A stretch of 32,000 nucleotides of DNA from Ignicoccus islandicus DSM 13165 (GTDB lineage Archaea > Thermoproteota > Thermoprotei_A > Sulfolobales > Ignicoccaceae). The DNA lies in the NCBI RefSeq assembly GCF_001481685.1, contig NZ_CP006867.1, forward strand, positions 180,001 to 212,000. The letters are read 5' to 3'. Shown here one piece after another: positions 23,473-31,774 of this stretch. Every line of letters begins with the position of its first letter. Position 1 is the first letter of the stretch. Below the pieces are notes generated by a model. The model did not search any database and was not told where the DNA came from. It worked only from the letters and a program-made list of their open reading frames with translations. The position numbers and the translations under genes are program-made.

Positions 23473-26374
23473 CGCGAGACTAAGTTTAATTAAGAGAATA
23501 GTTGATGCGTTAAGCCTTCACCCATACGGGTTCCTCTCATCCCTAAAGGGGATACATCCACTTAACCATCAACTCGAGTTACTTACTGTAGCGACCTTTC
23601 GGGAGCCCGTAAGGGCGTTCATTGCAGACGAAGTCGGTCTCGGTAAGACGCTGGAGGCGGCGTTATTAGTTAAATACTATCAGTTGACCAGAGACTTCGA
23701 ACCACTAGTCCTGATAGTAGTTCCCAGGATATTGTTGGAGCAATGGAAGGAAGAGTTAAGGGACAAATTCGGGGTAAACGTCGTCGAGATAACTAAGGAC
23801 AACTTGAAGGAACTTAGTCTAATGCTTAGGGATAGGTGGTACTTGATTTCGATAGATAAACTCAAGAGGAGCGAATATTTAAGGGAAGTCTCGAAGGTTA
23901 GGTGGAACTTCGTTATAGTTGACGAGGCTCACAAGCTAGGTAGCAAGAAGGGAAGGACCACCCAAAGGTATAGAGCTATCGAAAGCATGTGCAAATATGA
24001 CGACCTGAACTTAATACTGCTTTCAGCAACTCCACACAGAGGAGACCCCTACGACTACTTGTCTAGGTTGAAGTTGATCGATCCGTACCTTATTGAAGAT
24101 CTAGGGAAACTGGACTCGCCGGAATTTTACTCTTTAACGAAAAATGCGTTAGTAATTAGAAGAACCAAACTAGACGTAAACGAGGTATACGAGAAAAGGA
24201 ACGTATTTAAGAACGCGAAGTTCAAGGCTTTAATAGTGAAACTGAGTCCTGAGGAGAAAAGGTTCTATGAAGAGGCAATAGAGCTAGTAAGAAACGTTTA
24301 TAAGAGAAAAGAGAAGGAGGGTCTTGGAATAGTATTAACAATACTCGCTAAGAGAATATCGTCCAGTCCCCTCGCTGCACAGAAGACCTTGCTGAGGTTG
24401 CTAAGCGACAAGGACTCTTCGACCCAACGCGAAGTAATTGAAAAACTAGAGGAGAGCTTAAGCGATTTCTATGACTATGAGGAAGAGATGGAACCGGACG
24501 AGCTATTGGAACGAATCGAATCCATATCTTTAGGTCTAACTCCAAGCGAGAGGACCAAGTTAGAGGAATTAATCGAACTATCTAATGAAGTGGCCAAACG
24601 CGATACGAAGCTATCGAAATTGATCAAGTATCTAACGGAACATATGGGGAGAAACGACGTTTCAGTGGTCTTTACTGAATATAAAGATACAGCCGAATAC
24701 CTTTATGGAAAGCTCTCGAAGATGGAACAGTTTAAGGGACGAATTGCCTTAATAACTTCTAAAGAGGTCGTCCTACCTAAAGGGATAAAGAGAAGGAAAG
24801 AAGACGGATTGAGTCGACTAAAGAACGAGCTAGGAAGGAACGTTAAGGTTCTAATAGCGACCGACGTCGCTTCCGAAGGCTTGAACCTCCAGAAGGCGAA
24901 CGTGATCATAAATTACGAACTGGTTTGGAGTCCCGTCAAACTGGAACAGAGATTAGGTAGGGTATGGAGATACGGTCAAGAACGAGAGGTTACGAGCTAC
25001 GTAATGATGAGTGATTCCAGAATAGACAGCGACGTTCTCAATGTGCTATATTCAAAGCTTCTAGCTATGAGCGAATCAATAGAATACGATAGGAATATTC
25101 TTGGCGAAGAAATAATTCTCGTGGATAACTTCATTGAAAGGGGGACTTCAACGAGCCCTCCCGTACTAGAGGATGGTATGGAATTTAACGAACTCAAAGC
25201 AATTTCGGAATACTTGAAAGGCGGTAGGAAGGCCCTAGAAGAATACGTCAGGAGAGTTTCTCGAAAGATAGTGGAGCTCAATGAAGTAATGAGGAACATG
25301 TCGTTAAGGAGGGAGGAACGGGCTAAGTATTTCCAAGAGGTAGTTGAAAAGCTACTAGGGGGATTGGAAGCTAATAACGGGAAGAACGAGCTCCTAAGGC
25401 TGATACAAAAGGTGGCAGAGCTCCGGAACCTTAACTCTGAGTTAAGAGAAGGCAGAATTATTGTAAGAGACGGAACTCTCAAGCGTGAAGACACTAACCC
25501 TATGGTTCTACTAAGATCCCTTCTGGAAGGAACAAGGGCAACTGGAGACAAGCTATACTTCATAGCACCGAAGAGCGCGCTGGGGAGAGCTAACGAAATT
25601 CGAATATTTGAGGTCGAGGTCGCTTTAAATGAAAAACGCGTTAACAGATCCGTCTATAAGAATCTGATAGGCGTACGCGTAACGAGCGAACAGCCCAACA
25701 AGGACAAAGGCTTTGAATTGATGAGCGCTATAGAGGTCCTAAGAACGATTAACGACCTCGCGGATCTACTTCTGCCAGTGGAGATTAAAGCTGAAGATGA
25801 ACCGAGAAACGCCTTTCTTGAGCTAAAATTGAAGTTGAAAAACACTATTATGAAGACCACCTTGATACGGGCCTATCCCAATTACTTGAAGAAGAGCGAG
25901 GAAAAGGGTTACGCTAGGAAAAGGCCGTACATACCTAAAGACGCGTCCAAAGATCTAGATATTAAATTGAAGGAAATAGCTAGAATATATGCAGTCGAAA
26001 TTAGAAATCCGATTGGCGATGCTTCAGAGAAGGAAGTTGAGGAGATAGAGAAAATTGCTATGGAAAAGGCCATGGAATACGAAAAGCTGAACGGCAGGCA
26101 ACCGACTGACGTCAGTAGGTACGAGCACTACGACATTTACAGTATAGATCCGAGGACTGGAGAAGAGAGATACATAGAAGTGAAGGGAAGGCAAGGAACT
26201 TCAATGTACGTAGAGTTAACTAAAAAGGAAATGGGATTTGCTTTGAAGAACAGAGACAAATATTGGCTCTATATAGTAATCAACGTTAAGAAGAATCCGT
26301 TGCTAATAGCTATACGGGATCCGGTAAACTTCATGGAAGAAATTTGCGAGACCAGGTACGTCCCTAAGTTGTAA
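23399..26374 (+). CDS. SNF2-like SF2 (DEAH) helicase with C-terminal DUF3883-like PD-(D/E)XK domain
   Basis: IADEVGLGKTLEAALL, FVIVDEAHKLG, LLSATPHRGDPYDYL, VLIATDVASEGLNLQKANVIINYELVWSPVKLEQRLGRVWRYGQ; C-terminus YDIYSIDPRTGEERYIEVKGRQG...VELTKKEMGFALKNRDKYWLYIV. TTG start. Confidence 0.92.
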   Translation: MKGAGFGAYVGWSVRFENSTNSISNARLSLIKRIVDALSLHPYGFLSSLKGIHPLNHQLELLTVATFREPVRAFIADEVGLGKTLEAALLVKYYQLTRDFEPLVLIVVPRILLEQWKEELRDKFGVNVVEITKDNLKELSLMLRDRWYLISIDKLKRSEYLREVSKVRWNFVIVDEAHKLGSKKGRTTQRYRAIESMCKYDDLNLILLSATPHRGDPYDYLSRLKLIDPYLIEDLGKLDSPEFYSLTKNALVIRRTKLDVNEVYEKRNVFKNAKFKALIVKLSPEEKRFYEEAIELVRNVYKRKEKEGLGIVLTILAKRISSSPLAAQKTLLRLLSDKDSSTQREVIEKLEESLSDFYDYEEEMEPDELLERIESISLGLTPSERTKLEELIELSNEVAKRDTKLSKLIKYLTEHMGRNDVSVVFTEYKDTAEYLYGKLSKMEQFKGRIALITSKEVVLPKGIKRRKEDGLSRLKNELGRNVKVLIATDVASEGLNLQKANVIINYELVWSPVKLEQRLGRVWRYGQEREVTSYVMMSDSRIDSDVLNVLYSKLLAMSESIEYDRNILGEEIILVDNFIERGTSTSPPVLEDGMEFNELKAISEYLKGGRKALEEYVRRVSRKIVELNEVMRNMSLRREERAKYFQEVVEKLLGGLEANNGKNELLRLIQKVAELRNLNSELREGRIIVRDGTLKREDTNPMVLLRSLLEGTRATGDKLYFIAPKSALGRANEIRIFEVEVALNEKRVNRSVYKNLIGVRVTSEQPNKDKGFELMSAIEVLRTINDLADLLLPVEIKAEDEPRNAFLELKLKLKNTIMKTTLIRAYPNYLKKSEEKGYARKRPYIPKDASKDLDIKLKEIARIYAVEIRNPIGDASEKEVEEIEKIAMEKAMEYEKLNGRQPTDVSRYEHYDIYSIDPRTGEERYIEVKGRQGTSMYVELTKKEMGFALKNRDKYWLYIVINVKKNPLLIAIRDPVNFMEEICETRYVPKL

Positions 26375-26457
26375 CGATCAATACACGAAACGGTAGTACC
26401 TTATTTCTCCCGCACCTCCAGTAATTAACACTAGAATATTTTAAAGTAGACCACGTA

Positions 26458-26470
26458 ACTTATTTTAAAC
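26458..26470 (+). promoter_or_regulatory. candidate TATA element (TTATTTTAAACTT) of the small-gene cassette
   Basis: A/T-rich element ~25-35 nt upstream of the start at 26493. Confidence 0.45.
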
Positions 26471-26492
26471 TTACATAAACATAACACTAGGA

Positions 26493-27062
26493 ATGGGTAG
26501 ATGTCCGATGAACGATGCCAACGTTGGAGTAGAGGGAACTGAGCTTTATTTCCCCTTGAGTGTAGTTGTGCATAACTTGGATACGGAATTAAAGAAATAT
26601 CGCAGTGAGATGAATGGAATAGAAATTAAGGATTCCAAGAAGGTCCTACGCTTCTCCAAAGTTTTCCTAGGTGCGTTAAGTTTGCTTTACAAGAAGCGCG
26701 GCGATTTGCGCGTAGCCTTGAAGGAAACGAACGAACTACTATGGAGTTCTCCGATTGAGAAGAATGTTTTCGAGCCCAAGGAGAGCGAGGAGATAGTGAA
26801 GGAATTAAATGAATTCTTCAACCGAAACCTTGGAATCAAGGTTAGGTTTCGTAAGGGTAACAGCGTCGAAATAGCTGAAGAGGAAAGCGACGTAACTAAG
26901 CTAGAAGAAGCATTACTCGGGCTCGCTAACGTAATAGAAAGGAGGATTAACGAGTTGCTGGAAATAAAAGGGAGGGAGGACGCTTTAGCTCTATATAGTG
27001 CCACTCTAGGTTCCGAAGAATTCGTGACCATTTACGAGATAAGAAGGCGAGGTACCGAGTAA
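26493..27062 (+). CDS. hypothetical protein (189 aa; alternative start MNDANVG...)
   Basis: Long coding-like ORF, charged/helical composition, co-directional with the defence genes. Confidence 0.75.
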   Translation: MGRCPMNDANVGVEGTELYFPLSVVVHNLDTELKKYRSEMNGIEIKDSKKVLRFSKVFLGALSLLYKKRGDLRVALKETNELLWSSPIEKNVFEPKESEEIVKELNEFFNRNLGIKVRFRKGNSVEIAEEESDVTKLEEALLGLANVIERRINELLEIKGREDALALYSATLGSEEFVTIYEIRRRGTE

Positions 27063-27259
27063 TGGAAAGGCTTCCCGCAGGGGTACTATATCTAGGTCCT
27101 TGGAGCGGAAACGAAAAAGTTAGCTTGGGCAATACGTTATTCTTTCGAAATCTCAGTAGGTTGATAAGGGACGCTATAATAAAGACTGGAGTAAACGAAA
27201 CCTTTGGTAAGCACCTCTTCTTGGAATCTACCGAAAAGGAATTTAGGGTCGGTTTATAG
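27062..27259 (+). CDS. hypothetical protein (65 aa)
   Basis: Start overlaps the previous stop (TAATG); spans most of a gap between two coding-like genes. Confidence 0.55.
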   Translation: MERLPAGVLYLGPWSGNEKVSLGNTLFFRNLSRLIRDAIIKTGVNETFGKHLFLESTEKEFRVGL

Positions 27260-27273
27260 GGTGCGAGGCACCC
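27259..27273 (+). repeat. perfect 6-bp hairpin GGGTGC-GAG-GCACCC directly after a stop codon
   Basis: Read directly from sequence, followed by pyrimidine-rich TCCACCTCCCCGCCC. Confidence 0.6.
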
Positions 27274-27318
27274 TCCACCTCCCCGCCCAAACGTTATGAG
27301 ACATATGCGTTCGCGTGG

Positions 27319-27732
27319 ATGGCAGTAGTTTTGGATACAGTTCCATCAGGCGCAATTCTAGAGAGTGAGTTCGCTAGGGACTTCGGTCTATCGACGTTGT
27401 TCATTAGGAGCGGTACGTGTAACTGCTTCTTATCTCTAGAAGAGGTAGAAGGGTGTTCTGAGTTGAAGTGTGGATTTAGTGGAGATTGTAAAGTTTGGAG
27501 CTCAACTGAGATGTTGTATTCACACGTAGGAACGCTTTTCGTAACTGTGATTCTAAAAAGAGAGTTATTGGAAGCTATGGCTGGGAACGACGCGTTGAAA
27601 ATAAACGAATTGATGAGCGATTTCGAAGAAGCGGAGCGCGTTCTAGAATGCGCCCTAGAGGCCTTGGAGAAGCAATTCGTTAAGAGAACTTCACTGTACA
27701 AAAGGTTGAGGGAAATGAGGTATTCTTCTTGA
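27319..27732 (+). CDS. hypothetical cysteine-containing protein (137 aa)
   Basis: ORF with Cys cluster GTCNCFLSLEEVEGCSELKCGFSGDC and helical C-terminus. Confidence 0.65.
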   Translation: MAVVLDTVPSGAILESEFARDFGLSTLFIRSGTCNCFLSLEEVEGCSELKCGFSGDCKVWSSTEMLYSHVGTLFVTVILKRELLEAMAGNDALKINELMSDFEEAERVLECALEALEKQFVKRTSLYKRLREMRYSS

Positions 27733-27751
27733 CGCGTAGTTCGGGGTAGAC

Positions 27752-28345
27752 TTACTTGGACTTGCTGTTATACCTTTCTATGGCCTCCTTTATCTTCTTG
27801 TAGGCCTCTTCCTTAGGTAACCAGTCCTTTATCTTGACCCACTTACCGGGCTCCAGCTCCTTGTAATGCTCGAAGAAGTGCTTTATTTTGTCCTTAGTTA
27901 AGTCGTCTAAGTCAGAGACGTCCCTTATTTCCTTGAACCTAGGGTCTACCTTCTCAACGGGCACAGCGATTATCTTGCTATCTGGACCCTCCTCGTCTTC
28001 CATTACTAGCACTCCAATGGGTCTCGCCTTAACGTAAGTACCGGGGTAGAAGGGATCGTGACTAATTACTAACACGTCTACTGGGTCTCCGTCCTCCTCG
28101 AGCGTTGCTGGTATGAAACCGTAATTGAAGGGGTAGTACATGGCAGTATATAGGACTCTATCGACCTTAATGAAACCCGTCTCCTTGTCCATTTCGTATT
28201 TTACGTAACCACCCATGGGAATTTCTATTACTACGTTGACTACTTCCGGAGCCTTTTCTCCTGGTCCGAGCTTATCCAAGTTAACCATAGGCCGTACCCG
28301 AATTACCTCTTCTAACTCAAGCAAAAAAGGTAACTTCATGTTCAC
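27752..28345 (-). CDS. ppa: inorganic pyrophosphatase (family I)
   Basis: [75 protein letters not shown]. Confidence 0.97.
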   Translation of the reverse strand: MNMKLPFLLELEEVIRVRPMVNLDKLGPGEKAPEVVNVVIEIPMGGYVKYEMDKETGFIKVDRVLYTAMYYPFNYGFIPATLEEDGDPVDVLVISHDPFYPGTYVKARPIGVLVMEDEEGPDSKIIAVPVEKVDPRFKEIRDVSDLDDLTKDKIKHFFEHYKELEPGKWVKIKDWLPKEEAYKKIKEAIERYNSKSK

Positions 28346-28387
28346 TAGAGATAAATAATTTATATAGCCCGTTAGGTATACCTAACA

Positions 28388-28639
28388 GTGGTGGTAAGTA
28401 TGCCTAAGTGGTGGAACTGGTTTGGTAGAGGAATGGGCGGTAGAGGTCCCGGTTGGGGAAGAGGATGGAGAGGTAGGGGTCCAGGTCCTTGCTGGTGGCT
28501 ATGGGCCCAAGAGAGAGGCATAACGCCCCCCACCCCGGAGGAAATTGAGAGGACGTTCGATGAGATACCTCCGTTCTGGGCACCCGGAAGGGGTTGGTGG
28601 TTCTGGTACTACTACATGAAAGAGAAAGAGAAGAAGTAA
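28388..28639 (+). CDS. Trp/Gly/Arg-rich small protein (start possibly ATG 28400, MPKWWNWFGRGMGG...)
   Basis: Coding-like ORF ending KEKEKK, 12 Trp in 83 residues, GRGPGWGRGWRGRGPGP low-complexity region. Confidence 0.6.
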   Translation: MVVSMPKWWNWFGRGMGGRGPGWGRGWRGRGPGPCWWLWAQERGITPPTPEEIERTFDEIPPFWAPGRGWWFWYYYMKEKEKK

Positions 28640-28643
28640 TTTC

Positions 28644-29837
28644 TTATTTTCCATATAAGTACTTCGCGTAGTCCCCGTAAGGACATTCTTTCCCGACCAT
28701 TTGTAAGAGTGCCAACGCATCCATTTGATTGACCGTTCCGTCTTGGGTGAAGTCGCCAGTTACGCTGAACAAGTTCATCAAGATAGGCGGTATAGAAGAC
28801 AGAAGCGCGTTACAGTACTCTTGGTTCTTTATAACGCCAGTCATGCAACCCACCAATTCGAAGTCCTTCATTGTATACTTTCCGTCCAAGTCCACGTCGC
28901 CAGGGCACTTCCTTTCGAAGCCCACTTCGAAGCTCTGCATAACAGCAGCAACGAAGGCGGCCGGTAGCTTCAAGTTAGGTACGGCTTGCGGGTAGGACGC
29001 TACTGCAACAGTGGCTTGGAGCGGAGGAACCGATATTAAGCCCGAAGGACCTCTCTGGGCGCTCCACGTTCCTTGAGTAGGGTAATTCATTTGCGCGTTC
29101 ACGTTTACGGTAACGTAAACGTTCTTCGGATAGTCCCAATAGGAGACCGGCTTGATGAAGTTAGGTAACACCCAACCCCAAGCCAATTGAAGTAAGTCTA
29201 CTCCACCGAAGTTGTAAACCGTTGGCAGAGGTTGCAAGTATAGACCGCCCCAAGGGCAGTTGTTGAACAGAGCCCTCCTACCTAGCAAACTAACGTCCGT
29301 TGGAGAGGTTGACATGAAGTAAACCAACTCTATGGTATCTCCGGGCTTGAGCTGGACTCCGTAAGGAGCTATCGAGAAGAAGTAGAAGGTCTTCATTCCG
29401 TAATTTAGGAATTGGCCTATGGTTCCCTTTATCGTGTTCACTGCCGCCCCGAAATCGGGCTTCAAAGTGCACATGATGAACAGCTTGTCAGCAACTGGAC
29501 CGAGATAGTTCTTTAATATGGAATAAGTTGGTGGTACGGTCGTTAGCACCTTGAACCTCACCCTAAGGAACTCCCATACAGATCCCGATGGCAGCGTCGA
29601 GTTCAAGAGACCTTGGACCTGGAAGTTGCACGTAGGCTGAGTTAAGCATTGATCTAACGGAGTCATCAAGTATATCTTACTGAAGAGCTTTTCTTGAAAG
29701 GTCAAGCTCTCTATTTGAAGCAGTCCGTTTCCGTAGAAAGTAAACCCGTAACTACCTATTGCCCTCACTGGATTCATCAATGGCGATGCCGTAAGTATCG
29801 TCTGCAAGGCGATAATCGTTAGAATTGCCTTCTTCAT
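28644..29837 (-). CDS. secreted surface protein with C-terminal dockerin type I-like calcium-binding repeats
   Basis: Signal peptide MKKAILTIIALQTILTASPLMNPVRA; C-terminal pair GDVDLDGKYTMKDFELVGCM and GDFTQDGTVNQMDALALLQMV. Confidence 0.78.
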   Translation of the reverse strand: MKKAILTIIALQTILTASPLMNPVRAIGSYGFTFYGNGLLQIESLTFQEKLFSKIYLMTPLDQCLTQPTCNFQVQGLLNSTLPSGSVWEFLRVRFKVLTTVPPTYSILKNYLGPVADKLFIMCTLKPDFGAAVNTIKGTIGQFLNYGMKTFYFFSIAPYGVQLKPGDTIELVYFMSTSPTDVSLLGRRALFNNCPWGGLYLQPLPTVYNFGGVDLLQLAWGWVLPNFIKPVSYWDYPKNVYVTVNVNAQMNYPTQGTWSAQRGPSGLISVPPLQATVAVASYPQAVPNLKLPAAFVAAVMQSFEVGFERKCPGDVDLDGKYTMKDFELVGCMTGVIKNQEYCNALLSSIPPILMNLFSVTGDFTQDGTVNQMDALALLQMVGKECPYGDYAKYLYGK

Positions 29838-30102
29838 ACTTAACGACCTCCCACCCAGTTGCTTCTAAGGAATCGATAAACTCCTTTATCCTCTCCTTTG
29901 GAAAAGCGTATCGAGTGGCTAGGAAGAAGGCGTTACAGAAGTCGCTCCAAGTCAGTATGGGCGACTCATCTAGAGGCCTTAAGGTTTCCTTGGCCTCCTT
30001 GACCTTTTGAAAGCACTCCGATTTAGTTTCGCACTTAACTTCCAAGGCCAAGTAACTGGTACCGAACCTCGTGTCCCACACAAAAACCCTTCCCGACTTC
30101 AA
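29752..30102 (-). CDS. hypothetical protein (116 aa), TTG start inferred
   Basis: Coding-like KSGRVFVWDTRFGTSYLALEVKCETKSECFQKV...; SD-like AAGGAGG upstream. The longer track ORF (to 30282) would be antisense to the ThiL-like gene. Confidence 0.6.
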   Translation of the reverse strand: MKSGRVFVWDTRFGTSYLALEVKCETKSECFQKVKEAKETLRPLDESPILTWSDFCNAFFLATRYAFPKERIKEFIDSLEATGWEVVKYEEGNSNDYRLADDTYGIAIDESSEGNR

Positions 30103-30118
30103 ACCGATCGGTGCCTCC

Positions 30119-30979
30119 TTGGGCTTTACGGAAGAGAGACTTCTAAATTTAGTGAGGGAGATGGGAGTTAAAACTGGTAAGCTAGGTCCCGGAGACGACT
30201 GCGACTGCATCGAGATAGCGGAAACGTCGCTTTGCGTTAACGTTGACGGATTTGCAGCGAAGGAAGTAATGATGGACTTCATGGACTTAAGCGATGTAGG
30301 GTGGAGGGGAGTAATTGCGTCCCTGAGCGACTTAGTAGCTAAGGGATGCGTTCCCAGGGGAAGCGGGTATTCGGTTTACGCTAACGATATCGAAAGCGCG
30401 CTTCAACTAAGCAGGGGAGCGTTGGAAGCGGTCTCCGAATATTCCTTGACCTTTCTAGGGGCCGATACGAATAGGGGAAATGAGTCAATAGATGCCTTCT
30501 CATTGGGAACTTGTAGTAACCCAATCCCAATTGATGGGGCTGAGGAAGGCGACCTAGTGGTAATACCTAAGGGGTGTTGGGGTTGCGTCAAAGCATGCTT
30601 AGAAGGAATAGCTGGAGACGAGGAAAGGGCCCATTGCAAGAGACCGCGAATTCCAAAGGGCCTAGCGGAAGCCTTAGTAAAATATAGGAAGTTCATCAGA
30701 GCTTCGACTGATTCGAGCGATTCGCTGGCCGTGAGCCTTTGGAAGCTCGCTAAAGCATCGAATAAGGCCATAGAATTACATGTCCTTCCAAGCAACTTAG
30801 ATGAGAAGTACGTGTTGTATTCCGGAGAGGAATATTTGCCTGTGCTCGTAGTGGATCGAGAAGGACTAGAATTGGTTAAAGAGATCGACGGTATGGTAAT
30901 AGGAAGAGTTAGGGAAGGTCCAGCCAAAGTTACCTTATACGGAAGGGAAGTGAAACCGCTCGGATGGGAATGGTTCTAG
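30119..30979 (+). CDS. AIR synthase/ThiL-like protein (thiamine-monophosphate kinase-related)
   Basis: GPGDDCDCIEI, VNVDGF, DVGWRGVIASLSDLVAKGC, FLGADTNRG, RPRIPKG. TTG start 30119 preferred over the track start 30071. Confidence 0.6.
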   Translation: MGFTEERLLNLVREMGVKTGKLGPGDDCDCIEIAETSLCVNVDGFAAKEVMMDFMDLSDVGWRGVIASLSDLVAKGCVPRGSGYSVYANDIESALQLSRGALEAVSEYSLTFLGADTNRGNESIDAFSLGTCSNPIPIDGAEEGDLVVIPKGCWGCVKACLEGIAGDEERAHCKRPRIPKGLAEALVKYRKFIRASTDSSDSLAVSLWKLAKASNKAIELHVLPSNLDEKYVLYSGEEYLPVLVVDREGLELVKEIDGMVIGRVREGPAKVTLYGREVKPLGWEWF

Positions 30980-31016
30980 CTCCTCATCGTTCAGCGTTTG
31001 CACCCTTCCTCATCGC

Positions 31017-31604
31017 TTACTTCATTATTTCCGAAAGTATTTCGACAGCGCTCTCCCTTATCATTGCGACTCCCAGACCAGCTAGCAATATTGCGATTAT
31101 TCTCGAAAGGGCCGTTATTCCGTTTTTACCAAGCACCTTGTAGATAACTTCTCCGTATCTCAACATCGGGATTGAGATAGCCATTACTATTAGTACGGCT
31201 ACGCTTGTGCATATTGGTCCACAGACGGAACGATAGTACAAAACCAAGCTTATGGCACCAGGACCAGCGAGCATTGGAATGGCCATGGGCACTATAGCTA
31301 TGCTTTCTGGGTCTATCATTTGCGCCTCAGTTTGGCCCAAGAGCGCTTGTATGGAGTAAACTAATAGAATCAAGCCGGTAGCCATTCTAACGTCAGTCAG
31401 ATTCATTCCAAAGGGCTTTACTATGTAATCGCCTAGAATTGAGAAAACTAACAAGACTATTGTTGCTACTATTACGCTTTTCGTTATTATTCTCTTCCTC
31501 ACGTTACTGGGCAAGTGAGAAGTCATGCTATGAAATATTGGACCGTTTGTTAAAGGATCTATTATTACAAATAGAGCAATTACCAAGTTCAAGATTTCGT
31601 CCAT
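31017..31604 (-). CDS. MarC family integral membrane protein
   Basis: FVIIDPLTNGPIF, MATGLILLVYSI, SIAIVPMAIPMLAGPGAIS, and multiple TM helices. Confidence 0.9.
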   Translation of the reverse strand: MDEILNLVIALFVIIDPLTNGPIFHSMTSHLPSNVRKRIITKSVIVATIVLLVFSILGDYIVKPFGMNLTDVRMATGLILLVYSIQALLGQTEAQMIDPESIAIVPMAIPMLAGPGAISLVLYYRSVCGPICTSVAVLIVMAISIPMLRYGEVIYKVLGKNGITALSRIIAILLAGLGVAMIRESAVEILSEIMK

Positions 31605-31660
31605 TCGATGCCCCTTCTACGAGCGTCATTTGTAGTTAATGTCGTTAGAGTTCCATGGAC

Positions 31661-31774
31661 TTATTCATCTATCTCATTCACCATCCGATGGTGAATGCCC
31701 ATCTCCACCTCTTGTCCAAATTCGATTTTCCATTTACTCACAATCAATTCCATTATTTCCTCAACCTTAACCAT
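31661..31774 (-). CDS. short ORF inside repeat copy B (37 aa): MVKVEEIMELIVSKWKIEFGQEVEMGIHHRMVNEIDE
   Basis: Same frame and start as the copy A ORF. Confidence 0.3.
   Translation of the reverse strand: MVKVEEIMELIVSKWKIEFGQEVEMGIHHRMVNEIDE
31675..31697 (-). repeat. hairpin in repeat copy B (stem ATTCACCAT/ATGGTGAAT, 10 bp with the flanking C:G pair)
   Basis: Stem preserved relative to copy A while the 3-nt loop differs. Confidence 0.8.

Noticed and set aside
16682-26374. Classification as DISARM or BREX
   Set aside because: No DUF1998 gene, phospholipase D, PglZ or BrxC/BrxL signature was seen; DUF499 plus DUF1156 plus helicase-DUF3883 points elsewhere.
27294-27701. 135-aa - strand ORF opposite the 137-aa gene
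   Set aside because: Competing frames of similar length. The + ORF is preferred for direction, composition and context, but I hold this with only moderate certainty.
27062-27732. 65-aa and 137-aa ORFs as one frameshifted gene
   Set aside because: They are in different frames but separated by ~60 nt containing a stop and a hairpin, and there is no evidence of a continuous domain.
30403-30927. 174-aa antisense ORF over the ThiL-like gene
   Set aside because: Shadow frame without recognisable motifs.
10251-31660. Large composite transposon bounded by the inverted repeat
   Set aside because: The interior holds essential genes (top6B, eL43, ppa) and no transposase or integrase; a dispersed repeat pair is more economical.
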